From the NCBI GenBank assembly GCA_951406725.2, contig OX597821.1:44516001-44580000 (forward strand): DNA of 64,000 bases, written 5' to 3'. This document shows, piece by piece, positions 25,275-38,429 of this stretch. This DNA comes from Octopus vulgaris. Its lineage: Eukaryota. A program made the position numbers and the translations under genes. Within the stretch, counting starts at the first letter, position 1. Every line of letters starts with the position of its first letter. The notes beneath the pieces are model-generated. The model made no database searches and had not been told where the DNA came from. It worked only from the letters and a program-made list of their open reading frames with translations.

Positions 25275-26510
25275 CAATCATAGGCAAACTACGGCCTGCT
25301 TGGCTTTCTGAATAGTACACCTAATTTTATGGGGAAAATAACATCTATAAAAATTTTGTTTGTTTCGTTTCGTTCTTTTGTTCACTCACACTCTCATGCT
25401 GTCACTGAAAGAGGTTTGAGTGAGAGAATGTGAGAGTGGTTTCATAAAGCTGGTATTAAAAGAAAGGCGGCGAGCTGGCAGAAACGTTAGCACGCCGGGC
25501 GAAATGCGTAGCCGTATTTCGTCTGCCGTTACGTTCTGAGTTCAAATTCTGCCGAGGTCGACTTTGCCTTTCATCCTTTCGGGGTCGATTAAATAAGTAC
25601 CAGTTACGCACTGGGGTCGATATAATCGACTTAATCCGTTTGTCTGTCCTTGTTTGTCCCTTCTGTGTTTAGCCCCTTGTGGGTAGTAAAGAAATGGTAT
25701 TAAAAGAATAACTGTTAAATGTTTGACTAACCTCCCTTACTTATCAATGCTTGTTGCGTTGTAGGTATACCAGCCAGAAAAATTAAAATATTCGCTATAG
25801 TCAGTCATCTATGTAATTTTCAACGTGCCTCAGGGCCTATTTGCATCCATCCAAACATTCAACAGCCTTTCAGGACACTGAATCAACGAATGAAAATTAT
25901 TGGTTTAATGTTCAGTTTACGTTTCCACCACTCGTAATGACTTCTTACAATAATTCAGTTACTGTAACAACACGTGCGTATCGCGTTACGTTACCTGGTA
26001 CGAATTACAAAAGTTTAATTTCAAAGTTTAAGTGTACAGAGCTACGCTATGCGAGACGCACGTTTAATGTACAGTCACTGAATTATTGCAACAGGTCGTT
26101 ATAAGCGGCGGGAACAGAAATTGAACAATACATCAATAACAGCGTTTAATAAATGGAGTAATGGGAAGATTGCAGGAAAAGTAAACAATTTATTACTTTT
26201 TGTTGAACTAAAAAATAAAACACACATAAATGTGTTTAATATCCTTTGAATTTATCTCCACTTTTAAAGAATTAAATGTTATACGGTATTACGCTTCAAA
26301 ATATTCGAGATACTATATTAAAGTCCTCAAAAAGCAGGTAGATGGTCTAAATATGTTTTTTTTTTCTTCTAAAAACCAGACAGAACTCAAAGAAATTCTT
26401 CATGCAATCTGTGTTGCTGGCGAAAAAGTTACTGAACTTTCAAAATATTATGTCCATGGGGTATTTATAAAAGAATGTCTTTGGAAGTGGTTGAACTTCT
26501 ATGCCCGGAT
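25275..26510 (+). pseudogene. hAT (Charlie/SPIN-like) transposon 5' end and transposase N-terminal remnant
   Basis: TIR-like CAATCATAGGCAAACTACGGCC at 25275. CLI...KE.NV.RYY.SK.S (zinc-finger-like) and G.FIKECL at 26230-26480. Confidence 0.6.
25465..25694 (+). mobile_element. Young tRNA-derived SINE with 14-bp TSD
   Basis: Perfect TSD TGGTATTAAAAGAA at 25451-25464 and 25695-25708. CpGs are retained. Confidence 0.9.
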
Positions 26511-27659
26511 TGGCTGAAGTTTGATGAGAGCTACGTTTATCAAATCTGGAATTTTTCATTAATCTTGACACCACACAATTACGCCAGAACGTTTGGCTGA
26601 AATATGTGACGAAATCATCTGATAAGAACCGTCCTTGCCAATTATGGAAACTTGATGTGCTGTGGCCTCTTCTCGTTACTGAATTCACCGGGTTTCGAAT
26701 TCTGAGTTCTGTTACACGTGCTTTCCTGCCAGTCAGTTTGTCGGGAGACAAGGGAACGAAAATGATCATTTTAAAAAATGTGAAGAATACATTCATGTTT
26801 GAAACCAAAATGTTCTGGAAAGGTTAAATACCTTCAAATGGATATATTCATGCCAAAATTTGTTAGCGGAAACTGGCAATGAAAAGACACCTTGGAAGGT
26901 AGGCACAGAAATCAAACGCAGGCCTTGAATGAAACATCATGTGAAAGGTATCTTCAGAAAATTAAACACTGTTGGCATGGTTTTCGACGTTCCACTATAA
27001 TCTACAATGAAAATGCAGAGCGGAAATGCTGTCAACATGGATAAAGCACGCAAATAAACGAGTTCGAAAAATAACGTACATGGGGTAAAAAAAAAACTTC
27101 CGTGTGTACGTGAATAAAGCCTAAATTTGAAAAAGCAAAGTGTCAATACAGCAACCAAGACAAAGAATTAAAATACAAACCACAACAGCAAAAGGCATGT
27201 AGCGGAAAATGAATGCAAATAAAACGAAATGTCCATATTCAGAGACCTCATGAATGCAAAATTGGCGCTAAAATGCTAAGCACATGCAAGAGAAAAAAAA
27301 AGAGAAAGGTTTAATGTTTCTAAAAGTATAAAGAGAGTAGTAATAATAGCTTTGTGAACATCAGCAGGTTCAATCGGAATCTTATCATACGTGCAAACCA
27401 AGTCAATTTTCGAAAAGACGATACAATGTGCAGAGAAACCGAATTACTACAGAAAGGTCGAATTATTCTAAGGTACAACATGTAGCAGACGCGTGTTTAC
27501 AGTTTGGCTCTTTACCTTTAAGTACCCATATTTTGGATCGTCACGTGATGGTCAAGTGTATCTAACTTTACGCGGGATGTCCTCTCCATCACGTGACAGG
27601 CCAGCAAAGCATACCACCATCAGCTACTTAAGGAAACTTTTGCCCCTATTTCTTCAGTG

Positions 27660-27990
27660 AGGTGGGTTTGCACGATCGAGTTAGGATCTTCGGCAGAAAG
27701 CAAGCTTTATTCCGCAGGCAGCCTCAGCCATCCTTTGACGCGTAAGTTGTTCCTGTCCTCCAGCAGAAGTTATGTCTCGTATTTGTTTTTCCTGTTCCAT
27801 CCAGCAAACATCATCATTATGTACCATTTATATATATTCTGACCACTCCTTCAATATATATCTCAACAGCTTTGCCGTGTTAATGCTATTTAACGGGCTG
27901 AATAAATCGTCGTACTTTATCCTCCTGGTTTTTCTATTTCTTCCTTTATCTATACACGTAGCCTTACTCAAACCAGCTTTTTCCATCAAC
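27660..27990 (-). mobile_element. Degenerate RTE-like LINE 3' fragment
   Basis: The minus-strand sequence loosely resembles an RTE ORF2 end; heavily decayed. Confidence 0.3.
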
Positions 27991-27993
27991 TTA

Positions 27994-28497
27994 GATAAAA
28001 TGACTTAGCGGTTCGCCAAACATGATCGATAAAATGACTTAGTGGTTCGCCAAACATGATCGATAAAATGACTTAGTGGTTCGCCAAACTAGATCGATAA
28101 AATGACTTAGTGGTTCGCCAAACTAGATCGATAAAATGACTAGCGGTTCGACAAACGAGATAGATAAAATGACCTAGCGGTTCGCCAAATGTGATTGATA
28201 AAATGACTTGGCGGTTCGCTTAACAAGATCGAAAAAATGACTTAGCGGTTCGGCAAACGAGATCGATAAAATGAGCTAGGGGTTCACCAAACATGATCGA
28301 TGAAATGGCTTAGCGTTTCGACAAATATGATTGACTTAGCGGTTCGCAAAACGAGATCGATAAAATGACTTAGCGTTTCGACAATCATGATCGACATAGT
28401 GGTTCGCCAAACGAAATCGATAAAATGACTTAGCGGTTCGGCAAACGAGATCGATAAAATGACCTAGGGATTCACCAAACTAGATCGATAAAATTAC
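27994..28497. repeat. 34-bp minisatellite, ~15 copies
   Basis: Unit GATAAAATGACTTAGYGGTTCGCCAAACNNGATC, head to tail with no spacers. Two units are 8 bp shorter. Confidence 0.95.
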
Positions 28498-28552
28498 TTT
28501 TTTATAGTCCCAGAGAAGAGGTATGTACCTTCTTGGAAATGAAGGGTGTATT

Positions 28553-28714
28553 CACTAGCATAGCTAGAGTGTGTGCCGCCCGGAGCAGCCCTTCCATTTG
28601 CCATCCCCGAACCTCACAAAAAAACATATTGCCTACAGCAGACCCAAAAGTGCCGCCCCTTTAAAAGTACCACCCGGAGCGAACCGCCCCAACCGGCCCC
28701 CAGCTACGCAATTG
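28553..28714. mobile_element. hAT-like GC-rich MITE
   Basis: TIRs CACTAGCATAGCT / AGCTACGCAATTG. 8-bp TSD GGTGTATT / GGTATATT (7/8). Confidence 0.75.
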
Positions 28715-28719
28715 GGTAT

Positions 28720-30118
28720 ATTTATCTTCGAGCAGAAGGGTGATAACTGGATTTGTGACCTCGCATTTTTCATAACTATCCCTACCCATTCAAATATTCT
28801 TCAAATTAGGGAGAATCAACTCAGGACTTTGAATACATTAATGGTATTTGCCGCAAAGTTAAATTATTTGAAAAAAAAAAAAAAAAGTGCACACTAGATT
28901 TCTAGAATGAAAACAATCAAGTCAAAAACTAGGCCAAGATTGTTAAATATTTATCTCGAAGACATTTTACGAGTTGCAACATCGCAAAAAGTTATATATA
29001 AAAAAAGTACAACTCCAAGTTTGTCATTAATCTTTCTGAGTAAATTATTTCTATTTATGTCAATAACAAATAATAAATACGATATCTTGGCCTGTATTTC
29101 GTCAGGCAGTGGTATTAAATATTGTAGTAGTTTACTGCCCCCCCCCCCCACACACACACACACAACATTTTGTATCCTTATGATCCACTCAACCTCGTCA
29201 AGTCACGTTAATTTTATTTTCATTTTTTTTTTTTTGAAATTGCTTCCCTTTAATCAGATTACCATTTTCCTAGTGCTGTAGTTAAAACAATGTCGACTTA
29301 ACTAAGATTAAGTACAATGTTTCTTGAATTATGTTACCTTTCGCTGAAGGTAACGTTTTCAGCGTGTTAGACCACTGACGATTTTTTCACTAAGGAAAAT
29401 AATAGGAATATTAACAGGTTTCGCTTTGAAAACGGGAAACGTTTCTATTTTTCTCATTACCTGGAAAAGCAATATTTTTTTTTTTTTTTTTTAATTACTT
29501 TTCATATGGTTAAATGAATAAATTAGAAACAAATCTTACTACTTTTTAATGGCATCTTTCCATTTAAAAGTGACCAAAGAAAATATTGAGTGGTGAGATT
29601 GTTAAATGTGCAGTTGTAATTTGAAAAAAAATTAATAAAATTTTGATACACGGATTATGAAAATATTCAATATTTTTTTTCAATACATGTATCAATCGTA
29701 TCCGATTGATGCATTTATTGAAGAAAAATATTGAATAGTTTCATAATCCGTGTATCAAAATATCTTAATATCATAATCTGAGTATCAAGTATTCATTTTT
29801 TTTCTTTTAATTACTCTGTGATGTATCATGGCAACAGCGTGCATTCATCCATCACACGTTCATCTTCAGTGATAATATACAAAGATTTTATTTTTTTTAT
29901 TATTATAGACAAAATTTTTTTTTTTCTCCATAGAAAAAAACAATTTCTCTTCATTTCTAAGACAGATACTTACGTGTGAGGTGAAGTCTTCTATTGTGAA
30001 CATGGCTGAAGGTACTCGCAACAACAAAAAATCATAATGGATTTTTAGTAGTGTAGTCTGCCATATGATGAGCCATACCTCATGCGGCCCACTATTCAAA
30101 ACAGGTTGCCGATGCCTG
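28720..30118 (+). pseudogene. hAT transposase C-terminal remnant and 3' TIR
   Basis: MKTIKSKTRPRL.NIYLEDILRVATS (hAT dimerisation region). TGCGGCCC...AGGTTGCCGATGCCTG terminus at 30083-30118. Confidence 0.6.
29641..29760. repeat. 120-bp near-perfect palindrome
   Basis: TTTTGATACACGGATTATGAAA...ATCAATCG / CGATTGAT...TTTCATAATCCGTGTATCAAAA. Confidence 0.9.
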
Positions 30119-32387
30119 CTCTGTTATTTACCCACACTTAATAGTTGAATGTTCTTTGCTTTTAGTTTTGCTTCTTTTTTTTTTTTTTTACTAAGGAGTA
30201 CAACTGATCACATATGCATACCTACGTGTGTACATATATATGAATACATATATATGTGTATGTGTGTGTGTATCCATACAAACGCACATCATTGTCCTGG
30301 AGTTGATCAAATGAAAGGTGAAGTCAATCCTGGTGAGATTTGAACTCAGAACCTTAAAAAAAAGCATAAATACGGCAATGCACTAGTCCTCAGCCCTTTA
30401 TGATCAGAATCTAGTTAGTTTTTTTTCTTCACTAGGAAACAATTTGAATTCAGTAATTTGATGAGGGTGACCACTATATTATGTTAGGCTCTACTTAACA
30501 ATGTATTTTTCCTGCAGATGGCATCCCTAGTAATTTCTTCTAGTTCTTTTTGTTTTATGACGTCTTATTGTTATGCCTGTCAAAATCTTTATATCTCCCA
30601 GTCATCGATGGTCTGTTAACTTCTGGAAAAACTTCTTCACCGATGTTTTATACGACAGAATCATATCTGGAGTTGCCATCCTTTTTACCGTACATAAAAC
30701 ACACTTCTGATAGCAAGCCACCATCATTTTATCTTCAGAATTACAGTGCAAGTTATCTTTCTTGTCTTTAATCATTAATCTGATAGGGTTTTTCCTGGAT
30801 ACGGGCATCATTTTTATTAGTAAAACACTGGGATAAAGTTACTAAATATTGAATGTGTCAGCACCCGCTCAACTATTTCTGGGGACGGAGTGTATTTAAT
30901 CGACTCTCCGCCATTTTCTTGATTGACACTTTATTCTATTGATCTCCTCCCACCCCTTTAAAATGAAACATTAAGTTGACAACTACAAAAAAAATTTGAA
31001 CTCACAACATAAAAATACATAACTCAAATGTCATCGCTCTACCGATTCTACCATTTCATGAAATGGTAATTTATTTTATTTTTATCGTTTGGTCAAGAGG
31101 GAAGGGAGTAATTACAACCCTTTGAAAGACCTTCGCCAAAAGGGAGGTAGGTAGGAAAGTATCTTCGAACCGGAAACCTAACCCGAATACTTGCGACACA
31201 CTGGTACTACTAAGTCGGGTGATGGATTAAGTTTGCCAGAGATAAGGTGGGATCTGAACTCGGAATGTTGAGAGTCAGAGCAAGACATTGTCGCGTGGTT
31301 TGTTTGTTGCTTGTGTTGAGCTGATCAATGATGATTTACTTCAAACGTCGGAGTCGCCATTGTCGAAGGCGATGGCTTAATTATCATTGTTGTGATATAC
31401 GTATGAAATGTGGTGCTGGCTGCATGAATAATAACTGAAGCAAACTAACGGACATTTAACTCAAATATTTATTGCTGGACATAATGAATATTTGGTTTTG
31501 GCTATTTATAATAAAGAATATTAATAACTGCCAACTGGGGGGTATAGAGAAAATGTGGCGCGTCCGTAGAATGGGATATCATGTGAACGTTCAGAATCGG
31601 TCTCTCTGAGAAACGAGTCATCTGACAAACGGCCAAGGTAGTCCGTGACATCAGCGGTCTGTCGGCTATCTGGGCCGAGTTAAGCGCAAAAAAGATGTTT
31701 TTAATAAGGGGCAAGAGATTAAATTTTAGAACGTTCAAGAAGACCACATCACGCCACAGCTTCACGTTGATTGGTCGATTAATAGATCAATCACGTAAAA
31801 CTGCGGTGAGTCGTTCGTGATGTCTAACCGAATATCAATCGTTTGGGGTCAGAATCTCCGATACAGCATCATTAACTATTCCGACCATATAAATATAGTA
31901 TGATTCAATTTTTACTGTTCTTTATCGATTTCATTAAATATTTTTTATTGAATTTCTTTAATTATCTATGATCAAAAAACGATAATGAGACAAGAGAACG
32001 AAGGAACTATAGTCTTTAAATGTTTTTTTGTTGTTGTTTTTTTTGAGTACCCTTATTTTATTAGAACATTTAAATACAACGTAAGGTGTACTAGCCATCT
32101 GAATGTGGCTAGCCACTGGGGGTGGGGTGTTACTGATGCTTTTAGCCCCAGGCGATGAACGTCACCAGATGGACTTTAGACACAATCTCAGTGCCCTTGT
32201 GTTATTTGCAAAGGGAGGTCATCCTCCCTCGAAAACCTAAGTGTTACATACGGACTATAGTTTCAAGGTAATTGCCTCTCGTCAACGCATGGTAAGCACC
32301 AGTTTTCGATGAAGGAGATCCCTTGCAAATAATATTTAACGTTTTTCACAGCAACCACTGTCACTGATTTAGAAAAACTGTCTGAAA

Positions 32388-32449
32388 GCAATAATAAATC
32401 TCTGAACGAGCGGTTACTGTTTATATCTCGTTCAGAGATTTATTATTGC
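32388..32449. repeat. Perfect 23-bp-stem hairpin with 16-nt loop
   Basis: GCAATAATAAATCTCTGAACGAG / CTCGTTCAGAGATTTATTATTGC. Confidence 0.9.
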
Positions 32450-32459
32450 ATTTAAATAC

Positions 32460-32760
32460 AAAGAATCAGGAAAAAAAGAAAGACGAGAAAAGAAAAGAAA
32501 GAAAAGGAAAAAGAAAAAGATGGGGGGAAAGCAGCGGAAGACAGAGAAGGAGGTTGAGATGGACTATATATCCCAGAACAAGTGGGATGCTAAGCCGCGT
32601 CCAGCGGTAATGACCGTAACTGCGTTGCTGCAGGGAATGGCCAAAGACACTCGCTGCAACGAGCAGCCACTCCACCTCGCAGGGCTCATTCCTCCGACGG
32701 GTTGCCGTTATCCCTATTTTGTGAAGGAAATCAGTAGTATGGGGTCCGAGAACATCTGAT
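32460..32760 (-). mobile_element. Restriction-like-endonuclease LINE (CRE-like) 3' fragment
   Basis: LGPHTTDFLHKIG...R.EP.E.EWL followed by a frameshifted L...QGNA-like region, matching the CRE-type RLE C-terminus. Confidence 0.5.
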
Positions 32761-34539
32761 TTTTTTTTTTTTCTTGGAAATTTACGTAACAGGGATTGGT
32801 AAGTTATCAATGATTCGATGAAAGAATCAATGCTATAAGAAGTCTGTTGAGTCCTGGTTTGGGAAAAACTGGAGTTCAAGAGGAAGGTTACGACCTTTGA
32901 GATGGATAAATGGGACGATGAAGCAAAAGGGGAGACAACCTTGAACAGCTCCAGATACGTGTAAAGAATTTGGAGACGGCTTGTCCGTGAGATTCTTTGG
33001 AAGAACAACACTTTATTGACGCAATCGATAAACCATATTTGGGATGGAGGAAAGGGGAAGATGGATGATCAAGGCTGGAATGCTTTTTGATCATAGATCT
33101 GATCGACACTGACCTGGGGCTAAATGATAACAACTTAGAAGTTCATGGCATTTATTTGATAAGGCAATTTCTGACCCCTTTTCCCGCTCATCAGAAACGT
33201 CAGATCTCGGAAATTGACTTAACACACTCTCTCTCTTTCTTTCTCTCTGTCTCTCTCTTTCTCCCTTACTAACATTTTCTATAACTTCTCGCCTCCACTT
33301 TTACTCACTCATAGCTGCTACTCGCTAACACACACGCACATGCACACACACACACTCACACACGCACACACACAAATACTTTTTTAATTTTATGAAGAGA
33401 TGGAATATTTTTTTATAATTTCACAACACACTGATTGACCTGCATGAGATCTCGTGCATTTTGTGCGTGGATATGTGCTTAATAAATCTGTGCATGTGTA
33501 CGTGTGGATGTACGTGTGCATGCGCATGTGTCAGTGTGCATGTGTGTGCATTTGTGTGTGCGTCTATGTGCGAGCGTATAGGTATATGTGCGCGCGCATG
33601 TGTACGTGTGTATATGTATACGTATGCGCGTACATATGTGTTTATGTGCGTGAGTGTGCGCGCGCGTATGCGAGTGCGTGTGTATGTATATGTGTGTGCA
33701 TGTGTATGCACTGCATGTGTGTGTATGCGTGTTCCTATATTTCTTCCTTACATTTATCATATGATCAACACGTGTTCAAAAGTGGTGGTGGGGGGTAAAA
33801 GTAGAAGAGCGCCGAACTAAATATCTTACAGTATTTTACTTTCAACGGTCATCTTATGTTATTATTTTCAATTCTTAACATAGTCAAAAAACATTGCCAT
33901 GAATTTCTCTAAAGTTAATAAAATAAGTCCCAGGTATATTCTGAGTACGGGGTCCAACTCAATCGTTCAGAACCCTTCCCCCCACGAATTTATAGCCTTG
34001 TGCAATATATGGATAATGAACATACCTAACATATATACTCAAGGCATTTTCGTTTTCCAAACCGTATAGGTGGCGATGTTAAGATATTGAATGTTTTGGC
34101 TGTCCTTTTCGAAAGCATGAATCCCTTAAGGGTTGAACTGACCTGTCATTTTAAAATAAAACTCCATGGCTGTGAAATTTACGTCAAAACAAAATTGCTG
34201 TTATCAGCGTTATTCGACTGACACATTATTCTTCATTAATCGAATAAGAATAAATATTTGCATAAACGATTGATACTCTAATTACATTTTTATATCCACA
34301 AATTACATTTAAACTACATTATTTTTAATTCAAGCAACACATGTTGAGTATTTTAAATGGAAACTAGCTTTTATTTATATTTACAGAAACGCATTCTTTT
34401 CAGAAATGGTTCGGAAGAACGATCGGATACGCTGTGGTTATTTTATTTATTTATCATTTTTTTTTTTTTTTTGCATGTTCCTGTTTATTTAAAGGGTCTA
34501 CTGAATAAAGGGTCTATAGTAATGAAGGGCTCACTGATA

Positions 34540-35096
34540 CTGTTATGACGTCACTGTTGAGGTTGGCCGACAACTGCTACTGTCACTGCTCCTCCTCTCC
34601 TTCCTCTAGAAACTATTAGTCTTTTTATTTCCATACAAATCTCTATCTTTCTCTCTTTCTTTTCTATTCTCTTTCTTATCTATCTATTTGTTGTTTTTTT
34701 TTTAATTAACTCTTTTCTATTTTGAGGAAATTCTCCCTCTCCACTTTCTTATCGTCCTTATGAACTAACGTGACACGAGAGTTGATAAACATGCAACAAT
34801 ATTGAAATACGCACATGCAGCAGTAACGATGGAGTGTGGTCTAACATCATCGATGATATGTCAATAATAACAATGATGATAATGCTGCTAGCTGTTGAGA
34901 CCTGATGATGATAATAACTGCTGCTGTAAACAAATTTATAGCAAATACGCATGTAAGATGCATTATTAAACCTTGTCAGACCCCAACGATCACATTCTCC
35001 AGGGACACACCCACACACATACACCTGTTTGCTGAATGTTGTCCCACCCATTGAAAAATAACAACACTGGGGGAAAGGAACGTGATGACAGTAAGT
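34540..35096 (+). promoter_or_regulatory. Candidate promoter and non-coding first exon
   Basis: Perfect CRE TGACGTCA at 34546-34553, non-repetitive pyrimidine-rich leader, consensus donor GTAAGT at 35091. CpG depletion begins about 2 kb downstream. Confidence 0.35.
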
Positions 35097-38000
35097 TAAA
35101 TTTCATTGCTCTTCATTTACATATATCTGTTCCGATGACAGAACCAGGAAGAACGGTTTTATATCATTCATATTAATGTTACTGTACATGCATGTAAATG
35201 TCATTTGCGTCTTTCTAATTGTAACGGTACCCACCCCCACCGACTATAATAGCTGGGTCACATGGAGGTTTGACATTTTTATTCATTCATTCTTTAACAT
35301 ACCGTCCCGTGTTCACATCATATCCATTCTTCATATTTGTCTGTTTATTGAAATCATTTATTTCATTCATTGATTATCTTTATATTCTGTGAGAAACAGC
35401 AAATAAATTTTCTTATCTATTTAGCTATACGAATATGTATGGAATATGTTTTGTTGGGATGTTAATCTTCGAATATACATGCATATGTAGGCTTTATGCT
35501 TGTGTTGTTTGGTGAGTGTATATAACAATTTAACACTATCCTAAACTAAAAAAAACGCATTTATTGTTACACACACACACATGCGACAATAAACAAAAAT
35601 GTGTGCAACGTACAAAATAATGTTGTTTCCTGCATAATGTTTATTAACATTGTTACATGTATCCAGTGTAATGAGAATGACAGCATTCATCTTGTGTGTA
35701 CAAATGTATTTTATTATACGTACATACATACACATCCATACACAAATCCGATGCAGTTGAAATTGTAGATTGTTTTAAAGGGTTGTAGTTGTGTGTTATC
35801 ACATATCTATTTCTTATTTACATCAACATAGACACACCAATGGGCGTTAATATATAAATTCAGATATCAACTAATTACAAAAATTTACCCCTATCCCTTC
35901 ATACATAACTCAACGTTTTGTTATTTCCTGTCTCATTAAGGAAAAATTGTTTAAAGTGTTTCTTTTTTGTAATTTATAAATGCATTTTAAATAGTAAAAA
36001 ATCAATAACAGACTTAAACTTTTCTACCCTTGTTTTCTTATATTTAGTTTGTATTATAATACAGGTCAAGTAATACATTCTATTAGTACAAGTGTTACAT
36101 TCCGCGCTAAAAACTGAACGTTAGGTACATGCTTACTAATGTGTATAGTGTGACGGTGGAGATGTTTGACTTCTTCACTGTCTTCAAACGTCTCTTGCCT
36201 ATTCCACCCCCTCCTTAAAAACAACTTTGCTGTACATATGACAGTGTATATAAAAAACAGAGTGCACATATAAAACCATTTTTGTATGTTCGTATCCCAA
36301 TACAGAACATTCTCTATAGAATTCTTTTTGATTTTTTTTCATAAACGAATTATCAATTTTACACATATTTCAAACCTCACATTTCAACCACTTCAGAAAT
36401 AAATAAATAATTCCAAGATTGGTTTCCATATGTGAATGATACTTAAGGATTCTTGAATTAGCAACAGTCTTTTTTTAGGTGTTTTTTTTTCTTTTTACTT
36501 TTAGATATCCTCTATAAAGTCAAGTGGAGGTGCGAAACCCAATGGTTAGGCTTTAGATCCTGAACCGGGCAACGTATTGAGTCCTTGGCCCAGGCACTTC
36601 CTTTCACGTTGCTCCAGTTTAATCAGCTGAAAATCAGTCCCAGCCGACGACTACTGGTACAGCTGTCTTTCCCTCTAGCTGTTACATCCTCGATGAGCCG
36701 TTGGGTCGAAGAGTGGGTCGTAAAGGATTGACACCTAAAACAACTAGTGAAAGCTTAGTACATGTTATCAATCCATACATGTAGATGGCAGCTGGTTTAT
36801 ATAAAATCAACTGTCTTTTAGTCATGTTTTGATGCATGTAATGCCCTTCCTATTTAGGGATCCAATACGATAGACCGGGCAAATACTGTAGAGCCAGATA
36901 TAAGGCTGGTAAACAGGATCCAGTATGGAATCTTAATTCCCTGTTAAGACTGTTTAACTTCACATACAATCTTGATGTTGCATTGTGAAAGGCATAACAA
37001 TTAAAAAGTTCTTGTTCTTTATAATATACAGCTTCAGTCCCACATTAAAAGAGCCCCATTTCAGTAGCTGAGCCAATTATTCAACACCTGAAACACCTAG
37101 TTAGTATACTTCAAGATTCATGAGCCTACCTGCTAGAAATAGCCACCAAATCTCCGTCAAAACACAGTCTGTCTTCAAAAGCGAAAAGCTTGAATAAAGT
37201 GATCCTACAAGTCCTTAAAAAGACAAGATAGCTACTGTAAGAATACCTTTATTATAGATCTGTTTGATCAGGGCTGGCCTTGGGTTAAACAGCAACAGCA
37301 CCTCAAGATACTGTCAGTATGGTATTAAGAATATCTAGGATATTTGTGGAAGAGGATGGGTCATGTGTGTAGGGTTTCTACCATAAATACTTGAGAACTT
37401 TGCTTGCCTGTTTGATTGATTTGTGTTCCAGGTTAAATATAAATATTCTGTTCTCTTCTTCAAGGTGTTAAACAGCTGAGATAAATGTCCCCTGCTGGAT
37501 TTTGTCTAAAGCAAGATATAAGTTCAGTACTTTAACTTAACAGTCACCAGTTACTGTATGGCCAATACTGTCTACAGACAGCTGTGCTTTTTTGTACTAA
37601 TGAGGAAGCAAGTTATTTTTTATTTGTTTAATTACTTAGACATTAAACTGCATCTACATTGAGGTTTCATCCTGGGTGTTCAAGAGTTTTGGCAAGTATG
37701 AAGTTACTCCTTTGTTACCTCTGCTTCCAGGTTTTGGTCTGCTCTGATCTGGAATGGTAGTACCTGTCAAGGGTCCCAGTTAAAACTTAAATAGATGGTC
37801 ATGTGGCAAAGGCATATAGGACTCAGAGGAGATCCAGGTCACAGATGTGTATCACATTGGCCCACCACAATGCAGGCATGTCCTGATACCAGTCCCCTTA
37901 CTTAAAGGTTAAAGTAGTTCTGTGCCTGAAAAATTGGTTCAGGAGATGAGCAGAGTAAACTGTAAACAAACCAACAAAAAATGCAGCTGGAAACCACTGT

Positions 38001-38354
38001 TGTATTTTCCCAAGAAAAATCAGGCATCTTTAGACTTTGACATGAAGGTCCACAATCACCAATACCTGAAGCTATGACACATGTGAGAGAGTGAGTTAAA
38101 GGATGGACGGCAGTGCATATGACCCCTATTCAGGGTTTCTGTGATTGATGAGAAAAAGTTATCCTCAGATTGGGTTCAATACCTAACAATAGGTTCAATA
38201 CTTGACAATAGAGTGGGGTGCATTAAAGACACTCAAGAGCCAGGAGGTGGTATAAGCAAGGGCAACAGATTAAGATTCACTCCTAGCCCATCATCATCAT
38301 CGGCAGACGTTAAACGATGATGAGCTTGGTGGACTAGGCTATTTAAAGTGAGTA

Positions 38355-38429
38355 TATCAGGCTGGAATGTTGTGCACTGGAATGTTGTGCAGTGCTTTTA
38401 CAAGCATTGCACTACATTCCAGGCTGATA
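38355..38429 (+). other. Imperfect hairpin with 15-bp tandem duplication in the 5' arm
   Basis: TATCAGGCTGGAATGTTGTGCA pairs with TGCACTACATTCCAGGCTGATA (20/22). CTGGAATGTTGTGCA is present twice. Confidence 0.7.

Noticed and set aside
27994-28497. CRISPR-like array of 34-bp repeats
   Set aside because: Units are head to tail with no unique spacers, no cas genes are present, the context is eukaryotic, and the unit derives from a SINE.
37445-37560. Internal coding exon after a pyrimidine-tract AG
   Set aside because: No sustained ORF or convincing donor; cannot be supported without transcripts.
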